From Rhizobiaceae bacterium (GTDB lineage: Bacteria; Pseudomonadota; Alphaproteobacteria; Rhizobiales; Rhizobiaceae), in NCBI GenBank assembly GCA_025698895.1, contig JAILWO010000004.1:129936-193935 (forward strand): a stretch of DNA of 64,000 bases. The letters are read 5' to 3'. The notes under the pieces are model-generated. The model was not told the DNA's origin, made no database searches, and saw only the letters and a program-made list of their open reading frames with translations. The translations under genes were made by a program, and so were the position numbers. How positions within the stretch are numbered: the first letter of the stretch is position 1; each line of letters starts with the position of its first letter. Positions 19,740 to 31,958 of the stretch are shown here, piece after piece.

Positions 19740-21128
19740 ATGTCAGTACGCCGCCTAGCAGACGCCAGCGTTCAGCCAGCCAGCTTCGCCTTCACGAGGG
19801 CGAACGCGGCCTGGGCCCGGCAGACGATCAAGAAATATCCGGCCGGACGGCAGGCGTCGGCGGTCATTCCGCTGCTCATGCGCGCGCAGGAGCAGGAGGG
19901 CTGGGTGACCAGGCCGGCGATCGAATCGATCGCCGAAATGCTCGACATGCCCTTCATCCGCGTCCTGGAGGTGGCGACCTTCTACACGCAGTACCAGCTC
20001 AAGCCGGTCGGCACCAAGGCGCATGTCCAGGTCTGCGGAACGACGCCCTGCATGCTGCGCGGGTCTGAGGCGCTGATGGATGTGTGCCGCTCGAAGATCC
20101 ATCCCGAGCAGTTCCACACCAACGAGGACGGCACGCTGTCCTGGGAAGAGGTCGAGTGTCTCGGCGCCTGCGTGAACGCGCCGATGGTCATGATCTTCAA
20201 GGACACGTACGAGGACCTGACGCCGGAGCGGCTGGAAGAGATCATCGATGCGTTCGAGGCCGGCAAGGGCGCCGGCGTGCCGACGGGGCCGCAAAACGGC
20301 CGCATGGTCTCGGCGCCGACCGCCGGGCTGACCTCGCTCAAGGACGAGAAGGCCGTGCTGAAGGCGACGCGCGATCGCGAAGCCAGGGCTTCCAGAAAGG
20401 CCGCGAAATCCGACGAGGCGGTCGTGCCGCCGTCGCGGGCCGCCAAGCCGAAGACGCGGGCGCCGGAGACCGATCCCTCTCTCAGATCGCCGTCGCCGAA
20501 GAAGTCGAGCGCCAATGGCGAGAAGAAGGCCAGCGTCGAAGCTCCGAAAGAGGACAGGGCGGCGGCCGACCGCGCCGATCCGGAGGTCGAGGGCGAGGCA
20601 AAAAAGCGCGCGCACCCCAAGGGTCATCGCGACCAGGCGTCGAAGGAATCGCCCGAGGAACTGCGCGGCGAGCCGATCGGACCGGCGGGCAAGCGGCGCA
20701 AGGACGACAAGCGCCTCAATCCGACCATGGCCGTTGCCACGACCGCGTCAGGCGTGGCGGAGCGCGACGAGCCGAAGCGTGCGCCCGAGGCCGGCCCGGT
20801 CAATCCGACCATGGCGATCGCTGGCACAGCCAAGGGCGATCCGAAGCCGGAGAAGGGCCGTCCAGCGGGGATGGATCGGCCGGAGCGCCCCGACGATCTC
20901 AAGATGATCTCGGGCGTGGGGCCCAGGATCGAGGGCATCCTTAACGAGCTCGGCATCTATACCTACGGCCAGGTCGCCGCCTGGAAGAAGGCCGAGCGCG
21001 ACTGGGTCGACCAAAGGCTGAAGTTCCACGGCCGCATCGAGCGCGAGGACTGGGTCAGGCAGGCCAAGGCGCTCGCCAAGGGCGGGCCGGCCGAATACGA
21101 GCGCGTCTTCGGCAAGAAGCCGCGCTGA
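19740..21128 (+). CDS. nuoE: NADH-quinone oxidoreductase subunit E with ~260-aa C-terminal extension
   Basis: The N-terminal ~200 aa are a canonical 24-kDa subunit with 2Fe-2S ligands ([11 protein letters not shown]...[11 protein letters not shown]). A Lys/Ala/Pro/Glu-rich low-complexity tract and a ~60-aa helix-hairpin-helix-like terminal module follow ([31 protein letters not shown]...). Confidence 0.9.
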   Translation: MSVRRLADASVQPASFAFTRANAAWARQTIKKYPAGRQASAVIPLLMRAQEQEGWVTRPAIESIAEMLDMPFIRVLEVATFYTQYQLKPVGTKAHVQVCGTTPCMLRGSEALMDVCRSKIHPEQFHTNEDGTLSWEEVECLGACVNAPMVMIFKDTYEDLTPERLEEIIDAFEAGKGAGVPTGPQNGRMVSAPTAGLTSLKDEKAVLKATRDREARASRKAAKSDEAVVPPSRAAKPKTRAPETDPSLRSPSPKKSSANGEKKASVEAPKEDRAAADRADPEVEGEAKKRAHPKGHRDQASKESPEELRGEPIGPAGKRRKDDKRLNPTMAVATTASGVAERDEPKRAPEAGPVNPTMAIAGTAKGDPKPEKGRPAGMDRPERPDDLKMISGVGPRIEGILNELGIYTYGQVAAWKKAERDWVDQRLKFHGRIEREDWVRQAKALAKGGPAEYERVFGKKPR

Positions 21129-21137
21129 GGTGCTTCA

Positions 21138-21392
21138 ATGGCGGAAGTGACAAACGAACTGATCTATGAAGTGCTCAAGGCGATGCCGGCGCGTCTGTCG
21201 AATATCGAACACAAGCTGGGAGAGGTCGACAATCGGCTGAATTCGATCTCGGGTCAGCTTCGCGGCTTGTCGTCGGAGATCGGCTCCGCCCATACAGACA
21301 TTGCGAATATTTATCAGTCGCTTGGGCATGTCGACGGCCGGCTGGTTCGCATAGAGCGGCGGCTCGAAATCATCGACCAGCCTGCGGAGTAG
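21138..21392 (+). CDS. hypothetical coiled-coil protein (84 aa)
   Basis: It fills the nuoE-nuoF gap exactly, with 9 nt and 3 nt spacers. The sequence is heptad-like (LSNIEHKLGEVDNRLNSISGQLRGLSSEIG...LVRIERRLEIID). By hand count it is about 56% GC, visibly lower than the flanks. Confidence 0.5.
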   Translation: MAEVTNELIYEVLKAMPARLSNIEHKLGEVDNRLNSISGQLRGLSSEIGSAHTDIANIYQSLGHVDGRLVRIERRLEIIDQPAE

Positions 21393-21395
21393 ACG

Positions 21396-22697
<1,302 letters not shown>

Positions 22698-22785
22698 GAA
22701 CAACGAGCGCGGGCGGCCGGCCCGCCGTAACAGGGAAGGCCACGGAAGGGCGGGAGCGGACCGACGGCGAAGGGAGCCAAAAGCC

Positions 22786-23511
22786 ATGTCGACCCCATTC
22801 ATGCCAGACTATCTGACCGACCAGATGAAGCAGTATGAGACGATGACGAAGGCGTTTGGCGCGGGCCTGCCGCGCGAGGTGCAGGGCATGACCAATCTGA
22901 TGGCCCATCCCGCCGCGATGATGGCGGCCGGTTCGGCGATCGGCATGGGGGTGGCCAGCCAGATGCTCGGCCTGTGGATGGGCTCGGCCGCCGGCATGGC
23001 CGCGGCCGCGCAACGCATCATGGCGTCGGATTACGGCGCGGACGACGGCGATGCCGAGGCCTTCGGGCCCGCCGGATCGTCCATGGCGCAGGCCAAGGCC
23101 GCCATCAGAACGCTGGTCGCGGACGCGGAGGCCGTCTCGCGCGACGCGTCGGCCGTGACCGAGAAGGCGGCGAAGCAGGCCGCGAGCGATGTCGGAAAGG
23201 CGGCGAACGAGACCGCGAAGGCGGCCGACAGCACCGCCAAGACCGTGGGCGAAACCGTCGCCCCTGCCGTCACGGCGCTCAAGCCCGACGCCGCCCCGAA
23301 ACCTGCGACGCCTGACGACCTCAAGGCGATCGCCGGCATCGGGCCGAAGCTGGAGACGGTGCTCAACGATCTGGGCATCTGGACCTACGACCAGGTCGCC
23401 GCGCTGGGCGAGGCGCAGATCGCCTGGCTCGACGAGAAACTGGGCTTCAAGGGGCGCATTCAGCGGGACGACTGGGTGGGCCAGGCCAGAAAACTGGGCG
23501 CCAGAGCCTAG
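22786..23511 (+). CDS. hypothetical protein (241 aa) with a NuoE-extension-like C-terminal module
   Basis: The ATG at 22786 has GAAGGGAG about 10 nt upstream. The N-terminus is Met/Ala/Gly-rich and hydrophobic, followed by an Ala/Lys-rich linker. The C-terminus, PDDLKAIAGIGPKLETVLNDLGIWTYDQVAAL...WLDEKLGFKGRIQRDDWVGQARKLG, is about 55% identical by eye to the NuoE terminus. Confidence 0.65.
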   Translation: MSTPFMPDYLTDQMKQYETMTKAFGAGLPREVQGMTNLMAHPAAMMAAGSAIGMGVASQMLGLWMGSAAGMAAAAQRIMASDYGADDGDAEAFGPAGSSMAQAKAAIRTLVADAEAVSRDASAVTEKAAKQAASDVGKAANETAKAADSTAKTVGETVAPAVTALKPDAAPKPATPDDLKAIAGIGPKLETVLNDLGIWTYDQVAALGEAQIAWLDEKLGFKGRIQRDDWVGQARKLGARA

Positions 23512-23585
23512 ACGCGAGAGGCCGACGGATTTATCCCCGCCACGCGCGGGTCAATGCGGCAGGGACCGCAGGGGTTTGAGACGAC

Positions 23586-25667
23586 ATGGCGAAGCTCAAG
23601 GTCGACGGGAAAGAGATCGAGGTACCCGACCACTTCACGCTGCTGCAGGCGGCGGAAGAGGCTGGTGCAGAGATACCGCGCTTCTGTTTCCACGAGCGGC
23701 TGTCGATCGCCGGCAACTGCCGCATGTGCCTGATCGAGGTGAAGGGCGGGCCGCCCAAGCCGGCCGCCTCCTGCGCGATGGGCGTGCGCGACCTGCGCCC
23801 CGGCCCCGAGGGCCAGCCGCCGGAAATCTTCACCAACACGCCGATGGTGAAGAAGGCACGCGAAGGGGTGATGGAGTTCCTGCTCATCAACCACCCGCTC
23901 GACTGCCCGATCTGCGACCAGGGCGGCGAATGCGACCTGCAGGACCAGGCGATGGCCTTCGGCGTCGATGCCTCGCGCTATCACGAGAACAAGCGCGCGG
24001 TGGAGGACAAATATATCGGGCCGCTGGTCAAGACGATCATGACGCGCTGCATCCACTGCACGCGTTGCGTGAGGTTCACGACGGAAGTGGCTGGAATCTC
24101 GGAGCTTGGCCTGATTGGGCGCGGCGAGGATGCCGAGATCACCACATATCTCGAACAGGCGATGACATCGGAGCTCCAGGGCAATGTCATCGATCTGTGC
24201 CCGGTGGGCGCGCTGACCTCGAAGCCCTACGCCTTCCAGGCGCGTCCGTGGGAACTCAACAAGACCGAATCGATCGACGTCATGGACGCCGTCGGCTCGG
24301 CGATCCGGGTCGATTCCAGGGGCCGCGAGGTGATGCGCATCATGCCGCGCATCAACGACCAGGTGAACGAGGAGTGGATCTCCGACAAGACGCGCTTCAT
24401 CTGGGACGGGTTGCGTACCCAGCGCCTCGACCGGCCCTATGTGAAGAAGGGCGGCAAGCTGGTCACCGCAAGCTGGGCCGAGGCGTTCGGCGCGATCCGC
24501 GACAGGGTGGCGAAGACGAAGCCCGGCAAGATCGGCGCGATCGCGGGCGACCTGGCCGGCGTGGAGGAGATGTTCGCGCTGAAGCTGCTGATGGAGGCGC
24601 TCGGTTCGGCCAATATCGACTGCCGGCAGGACGGCGCCGCTCTCGATCCGGCGCTCGGCCGCGCATCCTATGTGTTCAACCCGACCATCGAAGGCATAGA
24701 GGCCGCCGACGCGGTGCTGATCGTCGGCTCCAATCCGCGCTTCGAGGCGTCGGTACTCAACACGCGCATCCGCAAGCGCTGGCGCGCCGGCCCGCTGCCG
24801 ATCGGGGTGATCGGCGATGTCGGCGATCTGCGCTATGACGCCGAGATGCTGGGTGCTGGCGCCGAGACGCTGCGCGACCTCGCCGCCGGCAAAGGCAGGT
24901 TCCTCTCGGTCCTCAAGAAAGCCGAACGGCCGCTGATCATCGTCGGGCAGGGCGCCATATCCGGCGAGGGCGGCGCGGCCAATCTCGCCGCGGCGGCGAA
25001 GCTGGCGATGGTCGTCGGCGCGGTCAAGGACGGCTGGAACGGCTTCGCGGTGCTGCATACGGCGGCCGCGCGTGTCGGCGGCCTCGACATCGGCTTCGTG
25101 CCGGGCGAGGGCGGCAGGGACGTGGCCGGCATGATGGGCGCGATGGAGGTGCTGTTCCTGCTCGGCGCCGACGAGATCGACATGAAAGCGACCGGCAAGG
25201 CCTTCACCGTCTATATCGGCACGCATGGCGACGCGGGCGCGCACCGCGCCGACGTGATCCTGCCAGGCGCGGCCTATACCGAAAAGTCGGCGACCTATGT
25301 CAACACCGAGGGCCGCGCGCAGATGACGAACCGCGCCGGCTTCGCGCCGGGCGAGGCGAAAGAGGACTGGGCCATCCTGCGGGCGCTGTCGGACGTGCTG
25401 GGCCACAAGCTGCCCTTCGACACGCTCGGCCAGCTTCGCGCGAAGCTCTACGAGGCGCATCCGCATCTGGCCGAACTCGACGCGATCGCTCCGGCCAGCA
25501 TCGACGCGGTCAAGGCGCTGGCCGGTCGCGGCGGCGAATTCGTCGCGCGGCCTTTTGTGTCGCCGGTGGCCGATTTCTATCTCACCAACCCGATCGCGCG
25601 CGCCTCGGCCGTCATGGCAGAATGCTCGGCGCTGGCCAGGGGCAGGTTCCGGCAGGCGGCTGAATAG
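23586..25667 (+). CDS. nuoG: NADH-quinone oxidoreductase subunit G
   Basis: 693 aa with the Fe-S motifs of the 75-kDa subunit ([49 protein letters not shown]). Confidence 0.97.
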   Translation: MAKLKVDGKEIEVPDHFTLLQAAEEAGAEIPRFCFHERLSIAGNCRMCLIEVKGGPPKPAASCAMGVRDLRPGPEGQPPEIFTNTPMVKKAREGVMEFLLINHPLDCPICDQGGECDLQDQAMAFGVDASRYHENKRAVEDKYIGPLVKTIMTRCIHCTRCVRFTTEVAGISELGLIGRGEDAEITTYLEQAMTSELQGNVIDLCPVGALTSKPYAFQARPWELNKTESIDVMDAVGSAIRVDSRGREVMRIMPRINDQVNEEWISDKTRFIWDGLRTQRLDRPYVKKGGKLVTASWAEAFGAIRDRVAKTKPGKIGAIAGDLAGVEEMFALKLLMEALGSANIDCRQDGAALDPALGRASYVFNPTIEGIEAADAVLIVGSNPRFEASVLNTRIRKRWRAGPLPIGVIGDVGDLRYDAEMLGAGAETLRDLAAGKGRFLSVLKKAERPLIIVGQGAISGEGGAANLAAAAKLAMVVGAVKDGWNGFAVLHTAAARVGGLDIGFVPGEGGRDVAGMMGAMEVLFLLGADEIDMKATGKAFTVYIGTHGDAGAHRADVILPGAAYTEKSATYVNTEGRAQMTNRAGFAPGEAKEDWAILRALSDVLGHKLPFDTLGQLRAKLYEAHPHLAELDAIAPASIDAVKALAGRGGEFVARPFVSPVADFYLTNPIARASAVMAECSALARGRFRQAAE

Positions 25668-25675
25668 GGCGGGAC

Positions 25676-26719
25676 ATGGAAACCTTCTTTTCGACATATG
25701 TCCTGCCGGCGCTCATCGTCCTGGGTCAGTCCGTCTTCCTGATCGTCACGCTTCTGATCGGTGTTGCCTATCTGCTCTATGCCGACCGCAAGGTCTGGGC
25801 GGCCGTGCAGCTTCGCCGGGGGCCGAACGTCGTCGGCCCGTGGGGCCTGTTGCAGGCATTCGCCGACCTTCTTAAATTCGTCTTCAAGGAACCGGTCATC
25901 CCGTCGGGCGCCAACAAGGGCGTGTTCCTGCTGGCGCCGGTCGTCGCGGCCGTGCTGGCGATCTCCGCCTGGGCGGTGATCCCGGTCGCCGAAGGCTGGG
26001 CGATCGCCGACATCAATATCGGCATCCTGTTCATCTTCGCCATCGCCTCATTGGAGGTCTATGGCGTGATCATGGGCGGCTGGGCGTCGAACTCGAAATA
26101 TCCGTTCCTCGGCGCGCTGCGCTCGGCCGCGCAGATGGTGTCCTACGAGGTCTCGATCGGCTTCGTCATCGTCACGGTGCTTCTGGCCGTTGGGTCGCTG
26201 AACCTGACCGACATCGTGCTGGCCCAGCGCGACGGCATCGGCACCATGGTCGGCCTGCCGGGGTCCTTCCTCGACTGGCACTGGCTGGTGCTGTTCCCGA
26301 TGTTCATCGTGTTCTTCATCTCGGCGCTGGCGGAGACCAACCGCCCGCCCTTCGATCTCGTGGAGGCCGAGTCCGAGCTCGTCGCCGGCCACATGATCGA
26401 GTATTCGTCGACGCCCTTCCTGCTTTTCTTCCTGGGTGAATATGTCGCCATCGTCTTGATGTGCGCGCTGATGACCATATTGTTCCTGGGAGGATGGCTG
26501 CCGCCCTTCGACTTCGCGCCCTTCACCTGGGTGCCGGGTGTCATCTGGTTCGTGCTGAAGCTGGTTCTGTGCTTCTTCATGTTCGCGATGGTGAAGGCGT
26601 TCGTGCCGCGCTACCGCTACGACCAGTTGATGCGGCTCGGCTGGAAGGTGTTCCTGCCGCTTTCGCTGTTCATGGTCGTGGCAACCGCGGCGGTCCTGAA
26701 GCTGACGGGGTCGGCCTGA
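25676..26719 (+). CDS. nuoH: NADH-quinone oxidoreductase subunit H
   Basis: 347 aa polytopic protein with canonical ND1-like sequence ([42 protein letters not shown]). Confidence 0.97.
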   Translation: METFFSTYVLPALIVLGQSVFLIVTLLIGVAYLLYADRKVWAAVQLRRGPNVVGPWGLLQAFADLLKFVFKEPVIPSGANKGVFLLAPVVAAVLAISAWAVIPVAEGWAIADINIGILFIFAIASLEVYGVIMGGWASNSKYPFLGALRSAAQMVSYEVSIGFVIVTVLLAVGSLNLTDIVLAQRDGIGTMVGLPGSFLDWHWLVLFPMFIVFFISALAETNRPPFDLVEAESELVAGHMIEYSSTPFLLFFLGEYVAIVLMCALMTILFLGGWLPPFDFAPFTWVPGVIWFVLKLVLCFFMFAMVKAFVPRYRYDQLMRLGWKVFLPLSLFMVVATAAVLKLTGSA

Positions 26720-26910
26720 TGATCGCTTCCGTCTATGGCGCGATGGTCGGTCTCTTGATCGCCGCGCTCGATTTCCTGCTGCTTCGCGCGCTGTCGCGCC
26801 GCGTCGACCTGCCGGAGACCAAGCGCGTCCTGCAGATCACCGGCGCTTCCCAGTTCGTGCTGCTGCCGCTGATCGGCTGGTTCGTCGCGCCCTATTTTGT
26901 TGGAGAGTGA
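26719..26910 (+). CDS. hypothetical small membrane protein (63 aa, two predicted TM helices)
   Basis: The ATG at 26719 shares one base with the nuoH stop (TGATG), and its stop lies 2 nt before the nuoI ATG. Two hydrophobic stretches are present ([40 protein letters not shown]). Confidence 0.5.
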   Translation: MIASVYGAMVGLLIAALDFLLLRALSRRVDLPETKRVLQITGASQFVLLPLIGWFVAPYFVGE

Positions 26911-26912
26911 CC

Positions 26913-27404
26913 ATGTCCGCGCTCGCACAAGCCGCCAAGTCGCTTCTGCTGCTGGAATTCGTACACGCCTTCGTGCTCTCGATGAGGCAGTTCTTCGCGC
27001 CGAAGGCGACGCTGAACTATCCGCACGAGAAGGGGCCGGTCAGCCCGCGTTTCCGCGGCGAACACGCGCTGCGCCGCTATCCCAATGGCGAGGAACGCTG
27101 CATCGCCTGCAAGCTGTGCGAGGCGATCTGCCCCGCGCAGGCGATCACGATCGAGGCCGGCCCGCGCCGCAACGACGGCACGCGCCGCACGGTGCGCTAC
27201 GACATCGACATGGTGAAATGCATCTATTGCGGCTTCTGCCAGGAAGCCTGTCCGGTCGACGCGATCGTGGAGGGGCCGAACTTCGAGTTCGCGACCGAGA
27301 CGCGCGAGGAACTCTACTACGACAAGAACAAGCTGCTGGCCAATGGCGACCGCTGGGAACGCGAGCTCGCGCGCAACATCGCGCTCGACTCGCCCTATCG
27401 GTAG
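26913..27404 (+). CDS. nuoI: NADH-quinone oxidoreductase subunit I
   Basis: The ATG at 26913 is 5 nt after GGAGAG. Two 4Fe-4S motifs are present ([24 protein letters not shown]). The ORF-track GTG at 26907 is an alternative start. Confidence 0.95.
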   Translation: MSALAQAAKSLLLLEFVHAFVLSMRQFFAPKATLNYPHEKGPVSPRFRGEHALRRYPNGEERCIACKLCEAICPAQAITIEAGPRRNDGTRRTVRYDIDMVKCIYCGFCQEACPVDAIVEGPNFEFATETREELYYDKNKLLANGDRWERELARNIALDSPYR

Positions 27405-27497
27405 GCCGGGCACGGTAGACGGGCGACGGAGCCTCGTCTAAGGAACGCGCGGCTTCGCCCGGAGGCGGGCGGAGTCGGAAGTGAATTCGGGGTACCC

Positions 27498-28118
27498 ATG
27501 CTGACAGGACTGGAAGCGGCCTTCTTCTATCTGTTCGCCCTTGTGGCGGTCGCCGCGGCCTTCATGGTGATCGCGGCCCGCAACCCCGTGCATTCGGTCC
27601 TCTATCTGATCCTGACATTCTTCAACGCCGCTGCCCTGTTCCTGCTGACGGGCGCCGAGTTCCTGGCCGTGATCCTGATCGTGGTCTATGTCGGCGCGGT
27701 CGCGGTGCTGTTCCTGTTCGTCGTCATGATGCTCGACGTCGATTTCGTCGAACTCAAGAGCGGCGTGCTGCACTACGCGCCGATCGGCGCGACGGTTGGC
27801 ATCGTCCTGGCGGCCGAGCTCATCATCGTGCTGGGCGGATACACCTTCGTGCCCGAACTCGCGTCCGAGGTGGCCCGGCCCACCCCCGACATCGCGGTGC
27901 GCCACAACACCGCCGCGCTCGGCGACATCCTCTATACGGACTACATCTATTTCTTCCAGATCGCGGGCATGGTGCTGCTGGTGGCGATGGTGGGCGCCAT
28001 CGTGCTCACGCTGCGCCACAAGGAAGGCGTCAAGCGCCAGTCCATCCCCGCGCAGGTGGCGCGCACGCCGGCCACCGCGATCGAGGTGCGCAAGGTCGAG
28101 ACGGGGAAGGGGATCTGA
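27498..28118 (+). CDS. nuoJ: NADH-quinone oxidoreductase subunit J
   Basis: 206 aa ND6-like membrane protein ([20 protein letters not shown]...[16 protein letters not shown]). Confidence 0.93.
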   Translation: MLTGLEAAFFYLFALVAVAAAFMVIAARNPVHSVLYLILTFFNAAALFLLTGAEFLAVILIVVYVGAVAVLFLFVVMMLDVDFVELKSGVLHYAPIGATVGIVLAAELIIVLGGYTFVPELASEVARPTPDIAVRHNTAALGDILYTDYIYFFQIAGMVLLVAMVGAIVLTLRHKEGVKRQSIPAQVARTPATAIEVRKVETGKGI

Positions 28119-28120
28119 CG

Positions 28121-28429
28121 ATGGAAGTCGGCATCGCGCACTATCTCACCCTCTCGGCGATCCTGTTCACGCTGGGCGTGTTCGGCATCTTCCTGAACCG
28201 CAAGAATGTGATCATCATCCTGATGTCGGTCGAACTCATCCTTCTGGCCGTCAACCTGAATTTCGTCGCCTTCTCGGCCGCGCTGGGCGATCTCGTCGGG
28301 CAGGTCTTCGCGCTTTTCGTGCTGACCGTGGCGGCCGCCGAGGCCGCGATCGGCCTGGCGATCCTCGTCGTCTTCTACCGCAACCGCGGCTCGATCGCGG
28401 TCGAAGACGTCAATATGATGAAGGGCTGA
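28121..28429 (+). CDS. nuoK: NADH-quinone oxidoreductase subunit K
   Basis: 102 aa ND4L-like protein ([21 protein letters not shown]...[13 protein letters not shown]). Confidence 0.95.
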   Translation: MEVGIAHYLTLSAILFTLGVFGIFLNRKNVIIILMSVELILLAVNLNFVAFSAALGDLVGQVFALFVLTVAAAEAAIGLAILVVFYRNRGSIAVEDVNMMKG

Positions 28430-28442
28430 GGGGCGGCCTTCC

Positions 28443-30425
28443 ATGTATCAAGCCATCGTCTTCCTTCCGCTCGCCGGTTTCCTGATCGCAGGCCTCTTCG
28501 GCCGCTCGATCGGGGCGAAGGCCTCCGAATATGTCACGTCGGGCTTCCTCGTGGTGGCCGCGCTGCTGTCCTGGATCGCCTTCTTCCAGGTCGGGTTCGG
28601 CGCGGGCGAGGCCTTCACGGTGCCGGTGCTGCGCTTCATCGAATCGGGCGCGCTCCAGGCCGACTGGGCGCTCAGGATCGACACGCTGACGGTGGTCATG
28701 CTGGTCGTGGTCAACACGGTGTCGGCGCTGGTGCACATCTATTCGATCGGCTACATGCATCACGATCCGCACCGGCCGCGCTTCTTCGCCTATCTGTCGT
28801 TGTTCACCTTCGCCATGCTGATGCTGGTGACGTCGGACAATCTCGTCCAGATGTTCTTCGGCTGGGAAGGCGTGGGCCTAGCGTCCTATCTCCTGATCGG
28901 CTTCTGGTACAAGAAGCCGTCCGCCAACGCCGCCGCCATCAAGGCCTTCGTGGTCAATCGCGTTGGTGATTTCGGCTTCGCGCTCGGCATCTTCGGCGTG
29001 TTCGTGCTGTTCGGGTCGGTCGATCTCGGCACGATCTTCGCCAATGCCGCGACGATGGCCGGCGAGAACGCTGAGAGCGGCGAGGCGGTCTTCACCTTCC
29101 TCGGCTGGACGCTGACGCAGTCCGGCGCGCTGACGGTGGTGTGCCTGCTCTTGTTCATGGGCGCGATGGGCAAGTCGGCGCAGGTGCCGCTGCACACCTG
29201 GCTTCCGGACGCCATGGAAGGCCCCACGCCCGTGTCCGCGCTGATCCACGCCGCGACCATGGTGACGGCCGGCGTGTTCATGCTGGCGCGGCTGTCGCCG
29301 ATCTTCGAACTGTCGCATACCGCGCTTCTGGTGGTGACGGTGATCGGCATGATCACGGCCTTCTTCGCCGCGACCGTCGGGCTGGTGCAGAACGACATCA
29401 AGCGCGTGATCGCCTATTCGACATGTTCGCAGCTCGGCTACATGTTCGTGGCGATCGGGCTCGGCTTCTATTCGGCCGCCATCTTCCACTTGTTCACCCA
29501 TGCCTTCTTTAAGGCGCTGCTGTTCCTCGGCTCCGGATCGGTGATCCACGCCGTCTCCGACGAACAGGACATGCGCAAGATGGGCGGGCTGCGCACCCAC
29601 ATCCCGACCACCTACTGGATGATGGTGATCGGCACGATCGCGCTGACGGGCGTCGGCGTTCCCGGCACGATCGTTGGCACGGCCGGCTTCTTCTCCAAGG
29701 ACGCGGTCATCGAGGGCGCCTTCGCCGGCCATAACGCGGCGTCCGTGATCGCCTTCATCACGCTGACCGTGGCCGCCATGTTCACCAGCTTCTATTCCTG
29801 GCGGCTGATCTTCATGACCTTCCACGGCAAGCCGCGGGCCGGCCACGAGGTCATGCACCATGTGCATGAATCGCCGATGGTGATGCTGGCCCCGCTGTTC
29901 GTGCTGGCCTTCGGGGCGCTGTTCGCCGGCGTCATCTTCCATGAATGGTTCATCGGCCACGAATACGAGGTGTTCTGGAAGGGCTCGCTGTTCACGCTCG
30001 CGGACAACCACATCCTGCATGAGTTCCACGAGGTCCCGTTCTGGGTGAAGCTGGCGCCCTTCGTGGCCATGCTGCTCGGCCTGGCCGGGGCCTACCAGTT
30101 CTACATCCGCGCGCCGGAGACACCCGCCAGGCTGGCCGAGCAGCATCGGGGTCTCTACCTGTTCCTGCTCAACAAGTGGTATTTCGACGAGCTTTACGAC
30201 TTCCTGTTCGTGCGCCCCGCCAAGCGCCTGGGCTACCTGCTTTGGAAGAAGGGTGACGGCGCGGTGATCGACGGGCTGGGTCCGGACGGGATCTCGGCCC
30301 GTGTGCAGGACGTGACGGCCCGCGTCGTCAAGCTGCAGTCCGGCTATCTCTACCACTACGCTTTCGCCATGCTGATCGGCGTGTCGGCGCTCGTCACCTG
30401 GATGATGCTCGGGAGCACGTTCTAA
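28443..30425 (+). CDS. nuoL: NADH-quinone oxidoreductase subunit L
   Basis: 660 aa ND5-like antiporter subunit ([53 protein letters not shown]). Confidence 0.96.
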   Translation: MYQAIVFLPLAGFLIAGLFGRSIGAKASEYVTSGFLVVAALLSWIAFFQVGFGAGEAFTVPVLRFIESGALQADWALRIDTLTVVMLVVVNTVSALVHIYSIGYMHHDPHRPRFFAYLSLFTFAMLMLVTSDNLVQMFFGWEGVGLASYLLIGFWYKKPSANAAAIKAFVVNRVGDFGFALGIFGVFVLFGSVDLGTIFANAATMAGENAESGEAVFTFLGWTLTQSGALTVVCLLLFMGAMGKSAQVPLHTWLPDAMEGPTPVSALIHAATMVTAGVFMLARLSPIFELSHTALLVVTVIGMITAFFAATVGLVQNDIKRVIAYSTCSQLGYMFVAIGLGFYSAAIFHLFTHAFFKALLFLGSGSVIHAVSDEQDMRKMGGLRTHIPTTYWMMVIGTIALTGVGVPGTIVGTAGFFSKDAVIEGAFAGHNAASVIAFITLTVAAMFTSFYSWRLIFMTFHGKPRAGHEVMHHVHESPMVMLAPLFVLAFGALFAGVIFHEWFIGHEYEVFWKGSLFTLADNHILHEFHEVPFWVKLAPFVAMLLGLAGAYQFYIRAPETPARLAEQHRGLYLFLLNKWYFDELYDFLFVRPAKRLGYLLWKKGDGAVIDGLGPDGISARVQDVTARVVKLQSGYLYHYAFAMLIGVSALVTWMMLGSTF

Positions 30426-30428
30426 GCC

Positions 30429-31943
30429 ATGACCGACTGGCCGATCCTCTCGACTGTCACCTTCCTGCCGCTCGTCGGCGCGCTGCTGATCCTGTTCATC
30501 CGGGCAGACAGCCCCGGCGCGACGCGCAACATCCGCAACGTGGCGCTGCTGACGACAACTTTCACCTTCGTGGTGTCGCTGTTCATCTGGGTCGGTTTCG
30601 AACAGACCGATCCGGGCTTCCAGTTTGTGGAGAAGATGGACTGGCTGGAATCGGGTGTCGCCTACCACATGGGCGTCGACGGCATCTCGATGCTGTTCGT
30701 CATCCTGACGACCTTCCTGATGCCGCTGTGCATTCTCGCGTCGTGGGAGGCGATCGAGAAGCGGGTCAAGGAGTACATGATCTGCTTCCTGATCCTGGAG
30801 ACGCTGATGATCGGCGTCTTCTGCGCGCTGGATCTGGTGCTGTTCTACGTCTTCTTCGAAGCCAGCCTGATCCCGATGTTCATCATTATCGGGGTGTGGG
30901 GCGGCAAGCGGCGCGTCTATGCCTCCTTCAAGTTCTTCCTCTATACGCTGCTCGGCTCGGTGCTGATGCTTCTGGCCATCATGGCCATGTACTGGCAGGC
31001 GGGCACGACCGACATTCCCACTCTGCTGGAGCATGATTTCCCGGCCGGCATGCAGACCTGGCTGTGGCTTGCCTTCTTCGCCTCCTTCGCGGTCAAGATG
31101 CCGATGTGGCCGGTGCACACCTGGCTGCCCGACGCGCATGTCGAGGCGCCCACTGCGGGGTCCGTTATCCTGGCCGGCATCCTGTTGAAGCTCGGCGGCT
31201 ATGGCTTCCTGCGTTTTTCGCTGCCGATGTTCCCGCTCGCCTCGGTGGACCTCGCACCCCTCGTCTTCGCCCTGTCGGTCATCGCCATCATCTACACCTC
31301 GCTGGTGGCGCTGATGCAGGAGGACATGAAGAAGCTGATCGCCTATTCCTCCGTCGCTCATATGGGCTACGTGACAATGGGCATCTTCGCGCTCAATCCC
31401 GAGGGCATCCAGGGCGGCATCTTCCAGATGCTGTCGCACGGGCTCGTCTCGGGCGCGCTGTTCCTGTGCGTGGGCGTGGTCTATGACCGGCTGCACACCC
31501 GCGAGATTGCCGCCTATGGCGGGCTGGTCAACAACATGCCCAAATACGCGGTGGTGTTCCTGATCTTCACCATGGCCAATGTCGGCCTGCCGGGCACGAG
31601 CGCCTTCGTCGGCGAATTCCTGACGCTTCTGGGCGTCTTCCGCGTCAACACATGGGTCGCGCTCTTCGCGGCCACCGGCGTGATCCTGTCGGCCGCTTAC
31701 GCGCTGTGGCTCTACCGCCGCGTCGTGTTCGGCGCGCTGACCAAGGAAAGCCTCAAGGGCATGCTCGACCTGTCGACCCGCGAGAAGGCGGTCATCTATC
31801 CGCTGGTGGCGCTGGTGATCTTCTTCGGCGTCTATCCATCGGCGCTGCTCGACCCGACGGCGGCGTCGGTCGACAATCTCATCAACCGCGTTTCCGCGTC
31901 GGTCGAGGCCGCGGCCTCGGTCTCGACCGCGGCGCAGCAGTAG
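30429..31943 (+). CDS. nuoM: NADH-quinone oxidoreductase subunit M
   Basis: 504 aa ND4-like subunit ([40 protein letters not shown]). Confidence 0.96.
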   Translation: MTDWPILSTVTFLPLVGALLILFIRADSPGATRNIRNVALLTTTFTFVVSLFIWVGFEQTDPGFQFVEKMDWLESGVAYHMGVDGISMLFVILTTFLMPLCILASWEAIEKRVKEYMICFLILETLMIGVFCALDLVLFYVFFEASLIPMFIIIGVWGGKRRVYASFKFFLYTLLGSVLMLLAIMAMYWQAGTTDIPTLLEHDFPAGMQTWLWLAFFASFAVKMPMWPVHTWLPDAHVEAPTAGSVILAGILLKLGGYGFLRFSLPMFPLASVDLAPLVFALSVIAIIYTSLVALMQEDMKKLIAYSSVAHMGYVTMGIFALNPEGIQGGIFQMLSHGLVSGALFLCVGVVYDRLHTREIAAYGGLVNNMPKYAVVFLIFTMANVGLPGTSAFVGEFLTLLGVFRVNTWVALFAATGVILSAAYALWLYRRVVFGALTKESLKGMLDLSTREKAVIYPLVALVIFFGVYPSALLDPTAASVDNLINRVSASVEAAASVSTAAQQ

Positions 31944-31958
31944 CCGGGTGCGAAGACG

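Noticed and set aside
23508-25697. 729-aa minus-strand ORF and 549-aa out-of-frame plus-strand ORF (23189-24838) overlapping nuoG.
   Set aside because: NuoG in the annotated frame carries all expected Fe-S motifs. Both alternative frames translate to Arg/Gly/Pro-rich junk.
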